The translations under genes were made by a program, and so were the position numbers. The notes beneath the pieces were generated by a model. That model was given only the letters and a program-made list of their open reading frames with translations, did not search any database and had not been told where the DNA came from. From assembly GCA_000002445.1 (NCBI GenBank), contig CP000071.1, positions 224,001 through 288,000 of the forward strand: 64,000 nt of DNA. Reading direction: 5' to 3'. Positions 59,743 through 64,000 of this stretch are shown here, piece after piece; the first letter of the stretch is position 1; every line of letters begins with the position of its first letter. The stretch comes from Trypanosoma brucei. Lineage: Eukaryota.

Positions 59743-61140
59743 TTAATTGAAGCGACATCCCATGGGCAACGTTGTCGGCATAACAGGTGTGGTAAATAAC
59801 TGTTGTTGCGGGTGTTGGTTGGTAATAAAAACTTGCCTCGTTGAATTGGGTTGAAGCTGCTGCTGAATGTACGCTTGAGGTTGCACCTGCTGGAGCTGAT
59901 TTGTACTTATAGCCATCATACACGACTGCTGTCCACCAGGTTGAACAATTGCATACCCCTGCGGTGGGCGGGAAATGTTGGAGTATTGTTGTGTAACGAA
60001 CTGCTGGGGTTGAGCCAATTGCTGCGGCTGGAGTTGCTGAGGCGGAGCCTTCCAAACGTATTGCATTACCTGTTGCTGCTGTTGTTGCTGGGAAAAGTCA
60101 CGAAGGTCCTGACCTATTGGGCTTTGCACGCTACCCACCTGACTAATTTGCTGGGTTGGTACCATCACCATCTGGCATCCAGTGGAACCATTTACATTTT
60201 GCACAGGTGTTAGGAACTGCACATAACCCGGTGGCGGTGCAGATGTCCCGGAAGCGAGGGACGGAGTGGCCTGAAGGCGCTGAGTTGCCCCTGGTGCCGA
60301 AGTTGCCATCGGCGAAGGAGGAGCCGCAAAGGATTGAACCATTTGATTCAAACCAACTGCCGGCGTAAACGCACCACTCAAGGCGGTTTGTTGCTGCTGT
60401 GGAACTACCGCAGGCCGTTTCTGCATGGAAACCGACAATAAACTCGAGGGGACAATTTGTGTTCCCATAGAGTACACGCCACCAGGCATCTGCACGATGG
60501 ATTGAACCCCTGCTGAGGCCCGAGCAACTTGTGGGTTGGCCAACGGCATTTGCTGCGCCACAGGCATCTGTGCGTGTTTCGATCGCTCCCCAACCCACTC
60601 GTAGGGAGGCGGGCAATCCTCCTGCGGATTATATGACGGAAGAGTTCGCTGGCCCGTACCGGCAGGCGGCTGATCATAACCGGCCACGGGATTTGCAGAG
60701 ACCAGAGCAGGTGGAGAAGTTGCGGAGGGTTCAGTCACACTCATCACACCGGGGGTTGGCGGCTCACTGGAACTCAGCGGCTGAGAGAAGCGCGAATATG
60801 CACTGAGTAGGCTCTTTGAGTCTACCTGATCCAACGTTCGTGACGTTTCAAAGGTCGAGTGACCGGACTCTTGAGAAACAAGGAGAGATTTGGAATCCTT
60901 CGAGCGTAACATCGCCTCAGTGTCCAGGGCCGTGTGAAGATGATTTGCAGCACCCTCTGGTACAACAGCCGTCGATGCAGGAGCCGCTGCCCCGGACCTC
61001 GCTTTGCGCATTACCATTATGTTGTCATCATCATCATCATCATCGTTCATTTGCCGTGTGAGGCTCTCCGTGATGGTGTCAAGATTATCTCGGTCATCGG
61101 AGGTGCAGAGAAACATCGTATCGTAATTGAATTCAGTCAT
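59743..61140 (-). CDS. Gln/Pro-rich hypothetical protein of about 465 aa, with a poly-Asp run and a PPPY (PY) motif.
   Basis: Track ORF 59743..61209 begins with TTG, so I trimmed it to the ATG at 61138-61140 (MTEFNYDTMFLCTSDD...). The C-terminal two thirds are Q/P-rich and low-complexity (QQQQQQ, PQQLQPQQLAQPQQ). It contains DCPPPYEW. It is on the common strand. Confidence 0.45.
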   Translation of the reverse strand: MTEFNYDTMFLCTSDDRDNLDTITESLTRQMNDDDDDDDNIMVMRKARSGAAAPASTAVVPEGAANHLHTALDTEAMLRSKDSKSLLVSQESGHSTFETSRTLDQVDSKSLLSAYSRFSQPLSSSEPPTPGVMSVTEPSATSPPALVSANPVAGYDQPPAGTGQRTLPSYNPQEDCPPPYEWVGERSKHAQMPVAQQMPLANPQVARASAGVQSIVQMPGGVYSMGTQIVPSSLLSVSMQKRPAVVPQQQQTALSGAFTPAVGLNQMVQSFAAPPSPMATSAPGATQRLQATPSLASGTSAPPPGYVQFLTPVQNVNGSTGCQMVMVPTQQISQVGSVQSPIGQDLRDFSQQQQQQQVMQYVWKAPPQQLQPQQLAQPQQFVTQQYSNISRPPQGYAIVQPGGQQSCMMAISTNQLQQVQPQAYIQQQLQPNSTRQVFITNQHPQQQLFTTPVMPTTLPMGCRFN

Positions 61141-61873
61141 TGGTATAGGACTCAATGGACCGCAGTACAAATAACAATAGGATGCTATAGACGGAAAGAA
61201 GGCTTGCAACCTTTGCCCACGCTCGTCTCCAAATCAAATAATCCTTTTCCACAGATGCTTTCTTTTCCTCTTCCTCCTGTTGCTCTCACAGCTTCTTCGA
61301 CAACAATGCAGAAAAAAGACTTCTGCCTTTTCCTAGTCCTTTACTCTGTTTGTCTGTTTGTTTGTTTGTTTTTTTTTAATTTTTTCTTTACAATTTGTTT
61401 TTTGTGTGTGTGGTTTTTCTTGGCTTCCTTCAAAAATGATGATTTTCTGTTCTGTATTTTTTTTAGCTTTTTTTTCTCTTTAAGCAGTACCTTCTTCTCA
61501 ATTCGCTTCCCTTCTTTATCGCTCGTGTATCTGTTGCTTTTTTTTCTTGATAATCTACAAGAATTTAAATGCAAGTTGGAGAATATTTTACAAAAAAAAA
61601 AGGTCGAAATGAGAAGTAGCGGGGATGTTATCAATGCATTTTGTATCTCGAAGCGTAAGAACAGCTGGCAAAACAGACGGAGCTGCCAAATGGGGGAAGT
61701 AAACCTATTCAAGAAATAAACAAACACTACTAAAATTGCGAAACAGTTTGTAAAGATCAGGCATATGGAAGTCGAAAAAAAAAACACTCGGAAACCATGA
61801 AAGTTAAAAAGAGCGAGGGAATGTTTTTCAGTCAGCACCGCAAAACAAAACAAAACAACAATTCCACTCGTCT

Positions 61874-62356
61874 CTACTCCCCATCATTGAAAGGTGGTGC
61901 ACCAGCTTCAGTAATAGCATACATACGTGCAAGTGAGTTATAACCCATTACGTCTCCTGCGCGTAGCAAATTTCCCGCGTCGCAGTTGAAGGGGCTTCTG
62001 GCGTCAGGTTCCGTTAGCAAACTAATGATTGCACGACAAACACTGGAAATAGTCCACGCAGGAGACCACCGACTTTTCAAAATATCAAGGCACACAGCGC
62101 CCGTATCGAAGTTAACATTAGGATGAAAAACTTTCGTCACAAACCACGCAACGGGAGGCACCATTGGGTAATCCGGTGGTATTTGTAAACGAAGACAAAA
62201 ACTACCACCTTCATACGGTGTGTCTGGAGGTCCATCTAACACCGCTTCCCATGAAAATAAATTATTTGATTCCGCCAGCTTTAGCACAACATCATTGTCA
62301 GGGTCACGCTGAACTTCTTTTAGCTCTTTCGAAAGCCGGCTGATGGGGCACGGCAT
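61874..62356 (-). CDS. Ubiquitin-conjugating enzyme E2 (UBC fold), about 160 aa. It may be the peroxin PEX4-type E2.
   Basis: The track ORF begins with a TTG that runs through a poly-A/T stretch, so I trimmed it arithmetically to internal M31 (MPCPISRLSKELKEVQRDP...), a typical E2 N-terminus. The UBC signature HPN(V)...G.(V)CLDIL...W.P is present and the active-site Cys sits in GAVCLDIL. The PEX4 suggestion rests only on my unverified memory of T. brucei chromosome 8 gene order. My nucleotide read of 62340-62400 was off by one relative to the track translation, so I rely on the track for this gene. Confidence 0.75.
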   Translation of the reverse strand: MPCPISRLSKELKEVQRDPDNDVVLKLAESNNLFSWEAVLDGPPDTPYEGGSFCLRLQIPPDYPMVPPVAWFVTKVFHPNVNFDTGAVCLDILKSRWSPAWTISSVCRAIISLLTEPDARSPFNCDAGNLLRAGDVMGYNSLARMYAITEAGAPPFNDGE

Positions 62357-63094
62357 AACAACAGTTATTAAACTCCTACAAACTCTACACATATCATCAC
62401 AGAGGTTTTTTAAAAAAAAAAATGTAAGAAGCTCAATTACGTACAAACAGGAAGTTAGTTACACAAATTGAAGCTTGTAATAAGAAACACAACAATAGCG
62501 TAAAAGGAATACATGACAGGCAAAAGCCTACAACTCCACAACAAAGGCATAATACAGTTGTATGTATAAACCAATTAGAGAAAGTTGGATTGTTTGTTTT
62601 TTTTTTTTTTAAGGCCAAACAAACACAGTTCCCCACAAAAAAAGTTTCTTCACCCACACAATTAAAAAAAAAGGAACAGCTCCCCCCCCAAAAAAAAAAA
62701 ACTGCTCTCTTTCGCATCAAACCGACAAGGAAAACGCACCGAAATCTACAGGAGTGGAAAAAAAACAATAATATAAAATTTTAAAAAAAGAAAAAAAATA
62801 CAATCCTTTACAACTCTCCAAAAAAAAATTTTAGATGAAGAAAAAAAGTGTATAATACTCTTAAAAACAGGCTTTGCATGGAACTGAAAAAAATATTTAA
62901 AAAAAAAGTTGCAAACACAGAGGTAGTTAAAAAAAAAATACAAAGTATATAACATTACAACTCTAGTTTTTTTTAATTGGCAACGATAAAACCATAACGA
63001 GAAGCCTTAAGTAACACCCAACAATGACACGTTTGCGTGTATGTAATCCCTCACGCTAATCCTTGGCTGCTACACCGAAACGGTACTACTTGGA

Positions 63095-64000
63095 CTACAA
63101 AAGACCAACTAATGTGAAAGTAAGGGAAAATAATAATAAGCGTAAATTGTGGTTCTTATTGCTTGCTGCACTTCCCATTGAAGACAAACGACCTTCACCA
63201 AACTCGATCAGAGAAGCAACTCCAGCCACCTCCATCGTTTTATTCAGTTTGACCTCTTTTCTCCGCACGGCAATGCTGGCAATAGTAATCAGCTGTGTGG
63301 ATGTATTCAGATCTTCAAGCATATGAGAGACCACACGTGTGTCACTCTCCAGTCGCTCCGAGAGATTTGGAAAGTTGTCCATAAGTTTCTTCCTCATATC
63401 ATCCAGAGATTTGGGTGTCACCACCCAAGCTGTTTCCCCGCACACCTCAGCAGCCTTCTTTGCTTTCTCATCTGCAGCATTTCCAGCTATCTTCCTTAGC
63501 GTATTTTCCATGAGTGGTAGGTAATGAGCCCTTATACTTTTGAGATTCCTTGCATACCTGCTTACCTTCTTAAACACATTCTGTGCTTTACTTACTGCTT
63601 TCGCAACCTCAGCAACGGCCCGCTTCACCTGATCCATGTGTCCCCCCGGACGCTTTGCATCCGCTTGGCTCCGTTCCTCCACTTTAGAAACCATTGCAGA
63701 ACGGCTCACAGCTTGCTCCGTGAATGCGTCCACTGCACCTTTTAGGCCTCTGTACTGCTCAACCATCAAACACACTGCTTGTGTCTGATTCAGAGTAAGA
63801 TTGTACTTTCTGGTGATAGAGGCCTTTGTTCCCTCGACCAGTTCCTTCACCGTAGACTCACCTTTGAGCGCCACCGACCTCCAAGTAACGACATTGTAGA
63901 GCACAAACTCCAGCTTCCACAGCTCCCCGGAACTTTCCCGGGTGTCATCCTCCAAACCTTCCGAAGCACCCTCAGGTAACGTACTAAACAACTCCAACAG
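63095..64000 (-). CDS. Partial CDS whose N-terminus lies beyond the right edge. The protein is alanine/lysine/glutamate-rich and helical, with a C-terminal hydrophobic tail that fits a GPI-anchor signal or TM segment.
   Basis: The open frame continues past 63997 into the window edge. The C-terminus reads ...SMGSAASNKNHNLRLLLFSLTFTLVGLL, a small-residue omega-site-like stretch followed by a hydrophobic tail. It is on the common strand. Confidence 0.45.
   Translation of the reverse strand: MLELFSTLPEGASEGLEDDTRESSGELWKLEFVLYNVVTWRSVALKGESTVKELVEGTKASITRKYNLTLNQTQAVCLMVEQYRGLKGAVDAFTEQAVSRSAMVSKVEERSQADAKRPGGHMDQVKRAVAEVAKAVSKAQNVFKKVSRYARNLKSIRAHYLPLMENTLRKIAGNAADEKAKKAAEVCGETAWVVTPKSLDDMRKKLMDNFPNLSERLESDTRVVSHMLEDLNTSTQLITIASIAVRRKEVKLNKTMEVAGVASLIEFGEGRLSSMGSAASNKNHNLRLLLFSLTFTLVGLL

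Noticed and set aside
18762-62356. Functional ubiquitin gene cluster (E2 plus DCAF-like WD40 plus PY-motif protein).
   Set aside because: Gene order inside trypanosomatid polycistronic units is not organised by function and the genes are about 40 kb apart. I kept this as a low-interest observation only.
62340-62401. An apparent 1-nt inconsistency between my reading of the printed sequence and the track translation of the E2 gene.
   Set aside because: This is most likely my transcription slip at a line junction. The track protein is a well-formed E2, so I used track-derived coordinates for this gene and treat my single-base indexing as plus or minus 1.
1-64000. Prokaryotic-style novel system (defence island, operon, CRISPR array, toxin-antitoxin).
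   Set aside because: The sequence is eukaryotic (kinetoplastid). It has intronless genes 1-5 kb apart with long microsatellite-rich spacers, eukaryote-specific proteins (RSP9, Rab1, SR protein, E2, DCAF-like WD40) and no Shine-Dalgarno or operon architecture. The co-directional clustering reflects polycistronic transcription, not operons.
7908-64000. Track-ORF first codons taken as true starts.
   Set aside because: The track translates GTG/TTG starts as M (for example 1076 = GTG and 62446 = TTG, checked in the sequence). For a eukaryote I used the first ATG: 17713, 25641, 39406, 61140 and 62356 in place of 17803, 25647, 39463, 61209 and 62446.
1-64000. tRNA, 5S rRNA, SL RNA and snRNA genes.
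   Set aside because: I scanned the spacers for GC-rich islands and for A-box/B-box-like strings (GGTTCGAAT / TTCGAA context). The only hits were inside coding sequence. Nothing convincing was found, but a proper tRNAscan/Infernal run is required; visual scanning of 64 kb is not sensitive.

Overview
This window reads as nuclear DNA from a kinetoplastid, most like Trypanosoma brucei. It is not prokaryotic, so CRISPR arrays, defence islands and operons do not apply. I support 14 intronless protein-coding genes, all on the minus strand, which matches a single polycistronic Pol II transcription unit. In minus-strand (transcription) order they are: a partial alanine/lysine-rich protein with a GPI-like hydrophobic C-terminus running off the right edge, a ubiquitin-conjugating enzyme E2, a Gln/Pro-rich protein with a PPPY motif, the two-RRM SR protein TSR1, Rab1, a Ser/Thr/Pro-rich disordered protein, a minimal CAMK-like kinase, a small membrane protein with an internal repeat, a PKD/mucolipin-like channel, a DCAF-like WD40 protein, a 1519-aa protein of unknown family, a VID27-like protein, radial spoke protein 9, and a large protein of at least 1879 aa that runs off the left edge and is missing from the supplied ORF track. 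Intergenic regions are unusually long and AT-rich and are built from alternating polypurine and polypyrimidine blocks, homopolymers and microsatellites ((TA)n, (CA)n/(GT)n, (GA)n, (ATTT)n). A 12.5-kb stretch (47263-59742) has no credible ORF. I could not recognise any rRNA, tRNA, SL RNA or snRNA gene by eye. The ORF track translates alternative start codons (GTG/TTG) as M, so several gene starts were moved to the first real ATG. Plus-strand ORFs and low-complexity ORFs in the track are treated as spurious.
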